From contig OZ024741.1 in NCBI GenBank assembly GCA_964016885.1, forward strand, positions 94,240,001-94,304,000: 64,000 nucleotides of DNA, in the 5' to 3' direction. Shown here in pieces: positions 39,096-53,077 of this stretch. The position numbers were made by a program, and so were the translations under genes. Numbering within the stretch: position 1 is the first letter of the stretch; each line of letters opens with the position of its first letter. The notes under the pieces were generated by a model. The model saw only the letters and a list, made by a program, of their open reading frames with translations, was not told where the DNA came from and made no database searches. The stretch comes from Eledone cirrhosa (lineage: Eukaryota).

Positions 39096-39553
39096 GTCGA
39101 TCGACTTTTCATAAAATCGGACTGAGGAAACAATCTTTCCATTGGTCTTTCCAATTGCTAATACTGTCTATCGGTCGCAACTCCAGGTAGAAGGAGCAAC
39201 GTGAAATAAAGTGTTTTGTTCAAGGACATAATGCATCGCCCAGTCCGGGAATTGAACTCACAACCTCGCGATTGCGAATCAAATTCTCTAATCACCCATC
39301 CACACGCCTTCACTATATATATATATATATATCGGAGTCCCCCTGGTTGTGGAGCGGCTGATAATGTTGTTAGAACTGAATGTATGCTAGGATGGTTGTG
39401 GCGAGAATAAGCAGTGTAACCATTAGTTCTTGTGGTAGGTAATCACCGCCTACGGTTTCCTCGAAAAAAATCGGGTTACAGAGTCATTTACATATATGTG
39501 TTTGAACAATAAAAACAGAAGTCAGGTGTAGGTAGAGACTTCTGTTTTTATTG

Positions 39554-39644
<91 letters not shown>

Positions 39645-39650
39645 GGAATG

Positions 39651-39740
39651 TATGGTATCTCCCAAAAATGTATACACCATTCTAATAAATATTGCCTGTA
39701 CAGATAGTCAAAGTGTGTATACATTTTTTGGGACACCCTG
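39651..39740. mobile_element. Tc1/mariner-type mini-MITE of about 90 bp
   Basis: Right end is the reverse complement of CAGGGTGTCCCAAAAAATGTATACAC, with a degenerate copy at the left. Confidence 0.65.
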
Positions 39741-40004
39741 AGAGAAAGAGAAAGAGAGAGTAAGATACCCACACAGTTTCACACAGTCGCATAAATCCGC
39801 ACGTACACCAACACTTATAAATAAACATATGCAGATGCATATATATAAAAACCATATACATATAATTTATTTTCTCTGTAAATAAAGATATTTCTTTTAA
39901 AATCTGTGAGAACGAGACTATTAAGAGAGTATAGGGTTGTTAGGATGTTCTGCATACTAAATACTCATATGAATCGATTTTACATACATAATTGTTTTTT
40001 TCTT

Positions 40005-40165
40005 TTGGAACAAGGCCAGCAATTATTCCAGCGCATTACTGGTACTTTATTTTATCGACCCTGTAAGGATAAAAAGCAAAGTTAACCTCGGCGGGATTTG
40101 AACTCAGGCCGTAAAGGGCCGTAACTCTATGCTGAAAAGCATGACGTCCGACCTTCTACCGATAA
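40005..40165 (-). mobile_element. Nin/Deu SINE
   Basis: Core and head as in 5681-5860. Confidence 0.85.
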
Positions 40166-40828
40166 TGGAGTTGAAAAACATTGACTAACTATGATTATAC
40201 CAGCAATGAAACTTCCTTCTAAATGAGTTTAAACAACTAAAAACAATAACTAAAATTCTGGGAAATACAGATGAAGCTGATGTGTGTGAGCCTAGCTTCT
40301 TAAATCCAGTTGGCTAATGCAATAAACATGCTTAGATCTTATTAATGCAATAAACATGCTTAGATCTTATTAGATCTTCTCAGTGAGGTATACATAATTA
40401 CAATATGCAACAGAATTACAATGATCGATGTATGTAAAAATAGAAGGAATCTAGTAACGTTGATTATGAGCGAGGGGCAATATCTGGAGGGATTGTTCTA
40501 CATACTAAATACACGCTCTCAACTCTATGATGAGTTAAAAACTTCGATTAACTGAGTTTATTCGGCTTGTGTACGTAGTCCACATTGGGACCTATACCTT
40601 TCGATGTGTAATACTAATTACAAGTGATACCCGTTTCAGCACTCAATACTATTAGGTGAATTGTATATTCAGTATTAAACTTGGAGATTAATACTGGCTT
40701 CCACGTGTCGTTGGCATAAACTGCAGAGTGTTTATACTAAGAAAGAGAGATCGAAGTTTCGATACCCCACTGTCTGCCTCTCTCTCTCTCTCTCTCTCTC
40801 TATCCCTCAGTCTCTCTCTCTCTCTCTC

Positions 40829-41698
40829 TCAATATATAATATATATATATATGTATATATATGAAATTAAGTATGTGTGTGTATGTGTGTGTGTGTCTGT
40901 GTATTACCTATAGGGGCCTACATCTTACGACCGATTTTCATGAAACTTTACAGGCTCATAGATTAGTCATCGGGGACTGTTTTCTTTATATCAGCGTATT
41001 TTTTTTTTTATTCGGGGGTCATTCTGCAGATAAAAATCGATAGGGGTGTCAACTTTTTTTAGGTATCGAAAAATAAGATTTTTGGCTCTAGCTCCCACAT
41101 TTTGCCACCGATTTCGTTCAAATTTTAAAGCAAAATAGAATTTATCATTGCACATCCTGTATTGGCTTTATATTTTGCATTTGTTGTTCAGGAACGGCGT
41201 GGCAGCCGCTTAAATATTCGAAAATACCACCTTTTTGCTCAAATTTCCGCCTTTTCGGCTCTAACTCCCACATTTTTCAACCGATTTCGTTCAAATTCGA
41301 AACTTCGTCTCCACCTCACACATAAATCAATTTATTTGGATCTCATTTCATACTACGATAAAACATATTATTGCACATCTTATAGATGGTCAAAGGCAAA
41401 ACGATGGCCACTGACGTCGTCTGAGCTTTTAGTTGTGTATTTGAGAATTCATCGGTTTCCAATCAAATTGCGTGAGGAAATTTGGCTTAGTGTTAGAGGT
41501 CATTACCCCCCCCCCCCCAAGCACGCGCCTTCGTCAGCCACTCGCGTTTCTCAGTGATAGAGATCATCACCACCCTCCCCCGCATATCCTGTGTGTGGCC
41601 ATAGATGAGTCATCGAGAAGCAGTCGCTAAGATCAACACCTTTTCATCAAAGCAGATATTATTTTACCTACACAGGCAACGCTGGGTACTGCTGCTAG
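40829..41698 (+). mobile_element. Non-autonomous Helitron
   Basis: Internal ACCGATTT.....AAA repeats; 3' end GGCAACGCTGGGTACTGCTGCTAG|T. Confidence 0.7.
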
Positions 41699-41863
41699 TA
41701 TATATATATATATTGAGTGAGATGGATGCCGGTCGGAGTATTGCTTAAAGCTTTCTCTGTTAATGTATTAAGTATATATATATAAATATATATATATAGT
41801 ATGTAAGTAAATAAGTAAAGACCCCTTTAGTCACGAATGATCGTGGGATCTGTACCTAGAATG

Positions 41864-41936
<73 letters not shown>

Positions 41937-42170
41937 GTGTGTGCGTGCGTGTGTGTGTGTGTGTGTGAAGGTAGATAAGTTTTTTTTGTGTATGAATACT
42001 TAAACAAGAAAGCTGCTTACCAGAGAGTTTGACTTGACGGTATCCTTTGAATCGTATAGCATAAATATCCAAGCAGGGGAATATGGTATATAGGTCCAGA
42101 AGATATCAAGGAGTATATTAATATAAGCAAGTATCGCACCAAGAAAAATAAAACGTCGGCGTGAAGAGAT

Positions 42171-42354
42171 TGTTTCTACTTTAGGCACAAGGCCAGCAAT
42201 TACCCAGTGCATTACTGGTACTTTATTTTATCTACCCCGTAAGGATGAAAGGCAAAGTCAACCTCGGCGGGATTTGAACTCAGATCGTAAAGGGACGTAA
42301 CTATGCTGGAAAGCATGACGTCCGACCCTCTACCGATACTGCCAATCCACCACC
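42171..42354 (-). mobile_element. Young Nin/Deu SINE with a long target-site duplication
   Basis: CGTCGGCGTGAAGAGATTGT at 42154-42173 and 42355-42374. Confidence 0.92.
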
Positions 42355-42774
42355 CGTCGGCGTGAAGAGATTGTGAATTTATTTGCTTTGACATATGTTT
42401 CTCTGTCTATTATAAACTGTCTGCATATGCTGAATATAATATGTATTGTTCAATCATATGCAATACTTAATTATTCATTACACTTTATCAGAAAGCCTAT
42501 AATAGAATTCAACTATTTACTACCCAGTACAGTTCAGTAATGGGATTTTCGTTTAAGAAAATGTATATAAGTTAAAAATAGAATTAAAAACAGAATGAAA
42601 TACAGTCATTCTGTATTTCATTACTAAGATAATATATAATAACTGGCTAGAACTAAATATTCATAATATACATAACGCCATGATGCAAACGCCGAACCTC
42701 TCCTTTACAAATACAAACACAAACAGCCAGCACCAAGCCATACTCTCAGGCACAGAGTACCCCCTCTCCGTGAC

Positions 42775-42930
42775 TTCATAATTGCAGCCATCAACGTAGG
42801 GACACTGAAAGTTAGGTCAGTTGAGATAGTGGACATGCTTGAGCGAAAGAAAGTTGATGTATGCTGTATACAAGAGACTATGCGGAGAGGAGAATCTTCT
42901 AGACTCTTAGTAGGCAGAAAGCAGCCTAGA
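42775..42930 (+). pseudogene. RTE-type AP endonuclease N-terminal fragment
   Basis: IAAINVGTLKVRSVEIVDMLERKKVDVCCIQET. Confidence 0.8.
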
Positions 42931-43281
42931 TAGGTAAGGACTATCCGGCAATCATGAAATACCAGCTAAAACCACGGTCTCGCTATGAGCAAGGTACAAT
43001 GCGGCCAACTGGTCTGACTTGCTCCATAAGCGTGACCCCCGAGTCCCACACTATAAATATGGTTGGTTCTTGGAATGACATTCTAGCAGCTGTAAGAACA
43101 CAGCCAAAACACGATCCCGCTTGTGCAAGTTCTAGTGCGGCCAACTGGCATGATCGTCCCAGTAACGGGAACACGCAGTTCCACGCTCTAAATGTGGTTT
43201 CTCAACTCCTCGACGATATCCTTTCTGTGCAATATAACTTCAAAAATGCAGATATTAGATCCTCAATATTCAGAAAGTCAC

Positions 43282-43373
<92 letters not shown>

Positions 43374-43375
<2 letters not shown>

Positions 43376-43572
43376 GAAGTAGTTCCACAACAGTAAGTTC
43401 ACCATTTCCGAGAACGATTGTTTCACTTTATTCGGATCATCACCTTGATCCGAATAAGGTGAAACAATCGTTCTCGGAAATGGTGAACTAACTGTTGTGG
43501 AACTACTTCTACCAAACTCATCCCATGGACTGAGTGCTCTACTACTACGGATACAATCCACCAGTGTTTTAC

Positions 43573-43575
<3 letters not shown>
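43374..43575 (+). mobile_element. PLE-end fold-back mini-element, family 2
   Basis: Hairpin 43374-43511 with a TCACCT loop; GAAACAATCGTT at 43461; unpaired tail; microsatellite flanks. Confidence 0.75.
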
Positions 43576-43606
<31 letters not shown>

Positions 43607-43697
43607 AATCGACCTCAAGTGACCCTAAATTGAAGGTAATTTCATCTTACCTTATGATTTCAAATTGCTCTCTCAACACATGTTGGTTTAGGTAATA

Positions 43698-44135
43698 ATT
43701 GTTTCTACATGTGACACAAGGCCAGCAGTTATCCCAGTGAATTACTGGTACTTTATTTTATCGACCCCGTAAGGATGATAGGCAAAGTTAACCTCGGCGG
43801 GATTTGAACTCAGAATGGCAAGAGCCGTAACTCTATGCGTCAAAGCATGGCCTCCGAGCCTTTACCGATACTGCCAATAATAATAATAAATACTTATATT
43901 TATGTATATGATCACACTTTAATGAGAAATATTGGCAATTATTTTGCAAAATCTTTAAAGCATCGAATAAAATGTTTTGCGGCATTTGTTGGAACTCTTT
44001 AGATTCTGAGTTCGAATCCTGCTGAGGTTAACTTTGCCATTCATCTGTCCGAATGTCGATAATTTAAAATACCAGTGAAGTAATGACGTCGACATGATCA
44101 ATTTCCCACCACCTCCTGAACTCTGGCATTGTGCC
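43698..44135. mobile_element. Two Nin/Deu SINEs (43698-43878 minus; about 43935-44135 plus, diverged)
   Basis: Shared core motif. Confidence 0.8.
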
Positions 44136-45614
44136 ACTGGGCCTTATCTCTATGGGATTTGTACTTAAAACTTAGAAGGTCATTACTAATGTCAGGCCTT
44201 TTGTTCGACGCACTAACAATTCTGTCTTTCCAAATAATATTAATAATTCTCACCCTTTCTTTAATCGACTTGTTATTAATTAAATTCATAAAAAGCAATA
44301 ACTCTGATATTCTCACACTTGTTTTGTTATAGCATCATAAATCTAAACTATAATAAAGGAAGTTTCTGTGGGACTGCGTACGGTTTTTTTTTTATCCCGT
44401 TAGTAAAATAAGTTGGATTGCTTTGAATAAATAATAAATGAATATTACATAATTTATCTACTAAATTTCGTAAACAAAAATGATTTCGTAAAAATAAATA
44501 ATTTAAAATTGACTTCTTTTCAAAGTTGCACTTCCGGTATATCGTTGCCACCACCACCACTTCAACAACCATATATATAGAAAGAGGGAGTGTGTGATGT
44601 CAACACTTCTGGTGGCGATCACCTAAATAAACATACTAATTTTCTGTCACTAATTTTCTCCTAATGCAGTTTATATATAATATCGTCTTTTTTTAATGTA
44701 TCATGGATTACGTTACTGATTACATAAGACAGTGTAACGTCTTCGTTCAATTTCTGTTTATATTGTCAATTACGATTTTATTTGTTGTATCATATCTACA
44801 TGTATATATACTTGCGTATAATATCAATATACACACTACACATGCTAGCAGAAAACCACTCAAAGGGTGGTTTTTCTGCTAGTAAGTTTAATAACTTAGA
44901 CATTCTCAACCCTTCTTTCTTACTTTCGCACAAATATATTTAATAAATGGGCATTCACACTATTTCTTTCTTTAATCGATTGTCTCCTTCTTGTATATGC
45001 TTTTTTATGTTTCCATCAAAATCAATGATTAAATATTTGTAAATAATAATAATATTTCTTTCTTTTTAATTTGACACAAATGCCTTGTCATTTATACAAT
45101 AAAACGTATAAAGGTTTTGCAAAAAGCCTGGAGGTAAACAAAACAAATTTATATAAAAAGAAATTTATAACAAAACAAATTTATATAAATGTCAAAATAT
45201 ATTTTACATGTTCAAATTTCTCTTTCTTTAACTTATAATAATGGTTTCGAATTTAGTCTCAGGGCCACCAATTGAACGGGAAGCAAAAGTTAATTATATC
45301 GATCCGAGTATTTGACTTGTATTTTATTTTATCGACTCCGGACGGAGTTATGTCACTTATCATGTCATCTTGAATTATATCTGTACAGAACTTATCAAAC
45401 TGAACAGTAATAAAGATACTACACATGACAGACCAGTCAACTCTCCCTGTCCGACGTGGAGGTCTCCCACCCACTCTGGGGTATGTGAGAGATGTCTTCT
45501 CTTGTTAAAATGGCATAGCTTTCATTATGTAAAATCTCCCCATTTTGCCTCATTTCTCCCCGTTTTGGGGTACTTTTTGTCATGGTACTCCCCGTTGGGG
45601 TTTTTAGAGGTTAG

Positions 45615-45930
45615 CTGGTCTGACATGGCTTTGTGGTTAAAGAGTTGGACTGGCATTCGTGAGGTTGTGAGTTCGATTCCCGGACTGAGTAATGCATTGT
45701 GTTTTCAAGCAAGACACTTAATTTTACGTTGCTCCAGTTCACTCAACTGTAGAAATTATTTACGACGTCAGGGGTACCAAGCTGTATAGGTCTTTTCCTT
45801 TCCCTTGGACAACATCAGTGGCGTGGAGAGGGGAGACTGGTATGCATGGGCGATTGCTGGTCTTCCACAAAACAGCGTGCTTCACTTGTGCCTCGGTGGG
45901 GAAACTGCTCGAAGGAGATCTTTAACCCTT
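45615..45930 (+). mobile_element. tRNA/CORE-like SINE (OR-like)
   Basis: TGGCTTTGTGG A-box, AGTTCGATTCC B-box, GTGTTTTCAAGCAAGACACTT. Confidence 0.72.
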
Positions 45931-46119
45931 TAATACTGCTACGTCTAACTAACATTACATCAAGGTTAGTGATGGCTGCACTAACGTGATCAAAAGCTAA
46001 AACAATATCTAAAAGTTATTAATAGTTCTAAATTTAAAGGCAAGCAGAAGGAAAATATTGGATTCAGGTTCATAATGGGTTGTAGCATAAGCTTATCGAA
46101 ATCTAGTAATAAATAAAAA

Positions 46120-46970
46120 CCTCAGAATAAGTAGTGTAAAATCAGTCGGCTGAAGTTTGCAGACGACATGGTGTTACTTAACTCGACAGAAGGTGATCTC
46201 CGACTTACACTTAATAGGTTTGATGCCAAGGGCTGCATGGCTGAAATGAAAATCAGTGCTGCGAAAACTGAGACACTCGTCCTCTCAAGGACCCTGCGCA
46301 GTGCTCTCTATATGTGAATGGTGTTCCACTAAAGCAGGTGGAGAAGTTCAAGTATCTCGAGGCTGTATTCACGTATCACGACGGCAGAGGGCTGAATTTA
46401 GTACAAGAATTGTAGGAGCTGGAGTAGTAATGCGCCAGCTTTAGCATTCGGTAATTAGAAGAAGCGGGATAGAAGCCAAACTCGCTATCTTCAATTTAGT
46501 ATTCGTGCCAGCCCTTACCTATGGTCATGAATCTTGTGTAATGACCGAAAGAATACGATCACGAATGGGGTTCCTCCGAAGGGTCTTTGGAGTAACATTA
46601 CTCGATAGAGTGTGAAGCTTAGAGATCAGCGAGTCACTCCAGATATAGCCGCTACTTCTCCGAATAGAGAGATCACAGCTCCGATACTATGGGCATGTGG
46701 TTAGAATGTCTCAGAAAAGAATTGCTGGACAGATTTTACGGGCAAAACCAACCGGCAGGAGACCTAGGGGTAGATCCCGAGCAAGATGGTTGGATAACAT
46801 CCATGAGCTTGGCTGATCTCGCTTGGGGATCCAGCTGGATCAGTTGGAGATGGTTGCTTCTGAAGGGATCCGCTGGAAGGAGTGTTTGAGGACTCTGCTT
46901 CCACGATCCTCTCAGAAATAAGTGGACGAAGAAGAAGAAGAAGAAGAAGAAGAAGAAGAAGAAGAAGAAG

Positions 46971-47000
<30 letters not shown>
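46120..47000 (+). mobile_element. 5'-truncated RTE LINE (RT C-terminus) with a (GAA)n tail
   Basis: LKFADDMVLL...KQVEKFKYL...PALTYGHES...SQLRYYGHVVRM. Confidence 0.88.
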
Positions 47001-47001
<1 letters not shown>

Positions 47002-48064
47002 GGGTGGTGTTTTGGTCGATAGAAATGTTGAGAATGTGAAGAAATTAAATCAGAAGTAAAACCTAAGAGATTGAAACGTTCTGTGTGGAAGAACAACATT
47101 ATCCTAGATTCTGCTGCTGCTGTGTAACCTGGTCTGGTACAGCAGACTGTAATGTTTCTTTCCAAATGATCATGATTAAACTGTTAAAATAAAGTTGGCA
47201 CTGTGCCTAAAGGAACCAAATCTTGGGTGCCATCAGTGTTGATATTGCGTGTGACAGAAACAGTATTGTCAACACAATAGTAAGCTACCGATTCAAGAGA
47301 TGACGGACTGATGGAACCTATAAACAGGTATTTTTGAGAAGAGATCACATTGCTCCGGAGTAACTTGGACACTTTAACTATATTCTCAGTTCCACATAAT
47401 ACTTGCGAATGAAATTGTGTACATGGATATTGTGGAAGACCGTTTGATAAACTAACTGTAATTCCAAAGGCCAGTCTTTTAACATACTGCCACGCTGTCT
47501 CCGCCGGAAGATTATATTAGGTGTATACGTGTTTGTGGAACACTGAGCTACTTCCCTATAATTCAATGAATAAGTAATTCAGTTGATCAAACAGCTGGAA
47601 TAACCATCGTCGAAACCAACCGATGATACATTTACCATGTTTTTATGCCTATGTATAGATGAACATTTACACGCGTGTAAGCGTACATATTTTTTTTTAT
47701 CAAAGAAAGGGGGAAATGCTATCCTTGGTCAAGAGACTCACTCCAAATGCTGACAATGAAGTGGAACCAGTGAGAACCTCATTCGACTAGAAGCTAGAAG
47801 GCGTAGGAGGTAAAACAGATATGCCGGGACTAGGTTGAGGTCTGTGCTGAGAGCAAGGTTGTGACAGAGCTTATGATGGATAACGTGCTTTCATCGCCCA
47901 GTACTCCTTAGGAAGCGAGAGGAACAGAAGAAAAAAATAATAATCTACTGAAATCCAGTAAGTAGTTATTAAGCCGGGTAACGAATTAAGTTTACCAATA
48001 TGCGTATCAGTGTACGAATTTGTATGTGTGCCTTTGTAAACACAAATATGTATACACATGTTTG

Positions 48065-48812
48065 AGGGCAGCGAATCAGTAAAGTTGTTAGAGCGTCGGA
48101 TGGAATGCTTTGCGGTTTTCGTTTCAGCTCTCTGCAGTCAGAGTACAAACCAACGCCAAGGTCAACTTTGCCATTCCTCCTATTGAGGTCGATAAAAAAA
48201 AGTACCAGTCCAGCTTTGTGATCTATTCTCCCTCTATATCTCTTTCTCGCTTCCTCTCTATCACCCTATCTCCTTCTCTAGAAGAAATCTGCTGAGTTCC
48301 GACCTGGAGAGAAGATGGACTCCGCTCGGTTTAGAATGCCCAAGAAACTCCGTATGCCGGCACACCTACGACTCCACTTACTGGTTCATACATATAGAGG
48401 TTTATGCGTATGCGTATACATGCATGTATATATCAAACAATGAAGAAAACACCATTGTAAAAGAACAAGAAATCAAATATAGCAGTTTCCCATGATATTC
48501 ATACTGTTATTGTGTTCATGTGTTTTGCTTTGTGCCTTTTTTGTTATTGTTGTTATAATGGTGACAGGGGTAGTAGGTGTTATGTTATTGTCCAGAAATG
48601 GTGGTTGTTTTTGTGTCATGGTAGTTGTTTCTAGCCCTCCCTCAGTCAATAATACTATGTGCATGGAACCCAGAACCAAATCAATCAAATATATTCTTTT
48701 CAAAGACGGTAAGTTGCCTATCAAAGGAGGTTTGACTGCAATTTTAATAGGCTACGTGGTGGTGGTAGGTATGGTGATGTTTAGTTGTGTGTGGTAGCAT
48801 TGGTGATGGAAA

Positions 48813-48844
<32 letters not shown>

Positions 48845-49230
48845 ACTGTTTTATATTCGCATGAGTGTACAGCTGGTGATTATTGCATTTTTATGAGTAA
48901 GCAAATGGAAAGGAAAGGCGGCAAATTGGCAGAGTGGTTAATACGTCGAATAGAATGCTTTGTGGTATTCGTTTCGGCTCTCTACTCTCTGAGTTCAAAT
49001 CCCGCCGAGGTCAACATGCCTTTCACCTGTTTGAGGTCGATAAAAAAAGTACCAGTTAAGTACTGGGGTAGATTCTTCCTCTGTGTCTCTTTCTCACTTC
49101 CAATTTCTCACTATCTCTCCTTCTCTGGAAGAAATCTGCTGCCTGGAGAGGAGACGGGCTCCATCTGGTTTTAAAATGCCCTACAAACGCCGTATGTTAA
49201 ATCGGTACACCTGTGACTCCCTTAAAGGTT
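48065..49230 (+). repeat. Two diverged SINE-plus-3'-extension units (48065-48390 and 48915-49230)
   Basis: Both SINEs are followed by GAAGAAATCTGCTG...CCTGGAGAG...GGTTT..AATGCCC. Confidence 0.65.
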
Positions 49231-50639
49231 CGGTAAAAAGAAGATAGAGGGAAAAGTAGCAGTGCCCATGACTTATGTCTACATTATCAAACTGGTGAGA
49301 TCGATGTAGTTTATACCAAACTTGGAATTTCCTGGGTTAATGCCTTTATTCGGTTGCGCTCCTTAGAAGCCAGTATTTCCCCCAATTCACAACCTACGAC
49401 CTTACGAAAAGTTGTGATGGTCATAACTGGAATAAAGACGATCACGTGGATAGAAAGATAATTACAGTGTTTTGTGGTTTTGAGTATTTTCTTTAAATAC
49501 ACATACATTTAGCATAAAGTATGTCTAAAAAATATATGTGATGGCTACGGTCAGAGTGTTGCGTCTGTGTGCTCTTGTTTCTCAAAACTGAGAACGGTCA
49601 AGGAAGCAGTCATATATGGAATAATATAACATAAGGTTCACACCATGATACATTGGTAGTGAAGATTACCACTCGCTCTGGATTCCACTTTGTGGCACAG
49701 TGCGAACAAACTGTCAGTGCTGAAGTGACCAGAAACGATATGTTGTTCAGGAGGAATTTATAAGTTCTAGTGACTCCAAAAATCACTGGGCCATTTAAGA
49801 GACGTCAGTGTAAGGAGAAAAATCAACATAAAACTGGTGGTACTGGGCAAAAGCCCAGCTGTAAGATGCGTGGAAACAAACGTAATTTGAGAGATTTCTG
49901 GCCTAAGGAACTGAAACAGAGGAAAGGGAAGAGAGTAGGGGATAACAGCAGAATCAGCAACAATAAAAGCAGATGTAACTTTTCCAGAAAACTACAGCTG
50001 GTATGTCCGAGGGTGGCTGGAAATGTCATATCGACCTCAACAGCAGAATCATGTGACCAGAAATCCCCACATCCATTCACGACTACTAATACTACTTTAT
50101 CGTCTTTTAACAATGAAAAGGACAAGGAAACTGAACAAGAGTGGACAATCTGAAATAATTGTCTGTGTTCTTATCACAACCGTTTCTTCTATTTCAATTG
50201 AAATTCGCAAAACGGAAAATTATGAGTAAAGCTTAAAATGTGGTACACTAAATTATATGGAATACTTTATCATATTTTGTAAAATCAAACAACTATATCA
50301 AATTACCAATTATCATTTATTTCAATTTACTGATATCATTAAAATATTTGAAATTAACAAATAAAAATAAAAAAACAGTTGTAAAATTGTAAAAAATTCC
50401 AAAACAAAAATGGGTGAAAGAAATCAGAATGAGATTTGAGTACCACTGAATGTTACAAGTATTTAGGTGTTCTAAAAATGTTAAATAATACAAAAAATAA
50501 AATTCATTAAAGAATTCTTCTATTAAGTGAAGCTTGTGCTAATCAGTGAGATCAATGCTAAAACAAAACAATAAAACAAAACAAAAAAAACAACCAAAAA
50601 AAAAATGAAAGGCAGTACACACCATAGTTATACCTACCT

Positions 50640-51130
50640 TAATCGATATTTTCATTATAAACCAGATGCAGAATAAAATTGAGAGCAGGTTGAATATAAC
50701 ATCAATAGACTGCTCACTACATAAAGAACAAACCACCCAAAGGCAGATATATGACAGAAACAAGGGAGGTAGAGAAATAGTACAAATAGGTTACTAAACA
50801 ACCACAATTGACTAGACTTATAGATCAAGTACAATGCAAAAAAACAAAAGTATGTTTCATCTATAGACGGTAAAGATTCTTGAAGAAATGGGGGATATCA
50901 ATGAGAGTTTTTAATTGTAGACATCAGAAAGAGCATATTAATTAAAATAACAACAAAGATATGAAACAAACATTTTAGGAGTTTAAAGTTCAATGGAAAT
51001 ATGATCATCTGAGAATGAATGAAGCTAATAATAACAGACAACTAACAATTCTAGCTTGAAACAATTCTAGCTTGGAAAAATAATCAAAATGAAGCAAAAG
51101 TCTATCAGCTGCATAAATGTCCGGGAAAAC
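50640..51130 (+). mobile_element. Highly decayed R4/Dong-like fragment
   Basis: NHPKADI..DR..NKGGREIVQI resembles HHPKADVDRLY..GGRGLI in family B. Confidence 0.5.
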
Positions 51131-51937
51131 TGTTCTGAAGAATTAAGTAAGACAAACTTGTAAAGTATGAAATGCTAGAAATTAAATCAATATGAAGGTA
51201 AAGTGTCCTTGATTTCTGATGAAGTTGTATAGGCACTGCCGCGAGCATTTTAAACCAGGCGGAGCCTATTCCGCTTCAGGTCAAAACATAGCTGATTTCG
51301 TCCAAAGAAAGAATCAACTGCAATATTGGACCGGTACTTTATCTACCTTGAAAGGATGAAAGGCAACTTTGATCTAGACGGGCCTTGAACTCAGAGCGCA
51401 GTGAACTGAAACCAATACCAAGGCATTTTTAATCCAACATCTTAACGACCCTATCTATTGAGCCACATATAAATTAATATATGATGAAAAAATCAACGAA
51501 AAAACACAAGAGACCATATCTACTGGCTATCCTATTATATTCAAGATTATACCCTGTAATAACAAAAAGCAAGTTGAATACTTCCACTGAAAAATGTTTT
51601 ACTTATCACTAGATTCGACCAAACAAGAATTAGTTTAAACACAAAACTAAGAGGGTTACACGAAAGAGATGATTATTAAACAAGGCAGTAATAAAATACA
51701 GAAAAAATATATAGTGTACAATAATTGATGTATTAATTAGTTCAGAAAAAAATATATCGAGCATGGGAAATATGAGAAGCCCTTGCCTATTTCATAATTA
51801 ATGCGACGGACGTTCTTGCCTTTTGCATAGTTTAGAAAAGGAGACAGTTTAAAACCGACGTATTCGATATTTTGAAAATTTGTCTCTGAACGAAACATCA
51901 ATTACATTTTTGTAAATCGTAATCATTTCAGGATAAG

Positions 51938-52352
51938 GAGGGTGGATTGGCAGAATCCTTAGGACGTCGTACAACAGGCTTTGCGAAATTTGTTTCGGCT
52001 CATTACCTTCTGAGTTCAAATTCCGCCAAGGTCAATTTTATTTCTCAACCTTCTAGGATCTATAAAATAAAGTAGTAGTCTAGTACCTGGGTCACTATAG
52101 TCGACTTTCCCCTCTCCACAAATTGCTAATCTAGAGCCTATATTAGAAATTAGTTTAATTATAGTTAAGGGCAGCGGATTGGTAGAATCGCTATGGCGTT
52201 GCATAATATGCTTTGTGACATTTGTTTCGTCTCTTCACGCTCTGAATTCAAATGCAACCGGGGCCAGTTTTTCCTTTCGAGCTTTTGGGGTCGATTTAAT
52301 AGATTTCCTTCTCCTAAGTTGTTGGTTTTGTGCCTAAATTAGAAATCATTAT
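51938..52352 (+). mobile_element. Two tandem diverged Nin/Deu SINEs
   Basis: Heads GTGGATTGGCAG (about 51942) and GCGGATTGGTAG (about 52173). Confidence 0.75.
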
Positions 52353-52645
52353 TAATTAAGATTAAATGCCTTTTATCCTTTCAATTAAGTGCTCGTAATA
52401 TGCCGAGTTAAGTTTTCTATTCGGCAGCACTTACAGTTAAACATCTTATTCAGAATGCATATGCAAACATCATTATCGGAAAGTGGTCATAAAGAGATCA
52501 TTACTTTCTTGCAAAACGTTTGCAAGAACTCCTCAATATTCAATTAATTTTCGTCTATTTACAATTATTAATCGATAATAGAAAAATAATCGATAACTGG
52601 TACAATATATTCTGTCTCATTCAGCTGCTTCATTCTGACGCTCCG

Positions 52646-52707
<62 letters not shown>

Positions 52708-53032
52708 TCTTTCGCTTTCTCTCTATCTTTCCCTCCCTCGCTTCCTCTCGCTCTTTCTTTCGCTTTCTTATTCTCTTTCTCTCTCTTTCTCTTTCTCTCC
52801 CTCGCTTCCTCTCACTCTTTTTCTCTCTTTCTCTCCTTCCTATATTTATCTCTCATATATTCATATTTACACACGTTTCCTTACTTTGCATTCTTTTTGT
52901 CTTCACCCTATGTATGCATGATGTGAGGGTATGTATATGTGCATGTATGCATGCATGTATTTATCTATGCGTGTGTGTATTCATATTTAGGTACACACAT
53001 ACATACACACACATCCTGCATACATTCCATCT

Positions 53033-53033
<1 letters not shown>

Positions 53034-53077
<44 letters not shown>

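Noticed and set aside
40316-40378. Short tandem duplication (AATGCAATAAACATGCTTAGATCTTATT)
   Set aside because: Ordinary slippage duplication.
49770-50230. 127-aa ORF as a host exon
   Set aside because: No recognisable domain; lies upstream of a decayed R4/Dong-like fragment and may be its N-terminal region.
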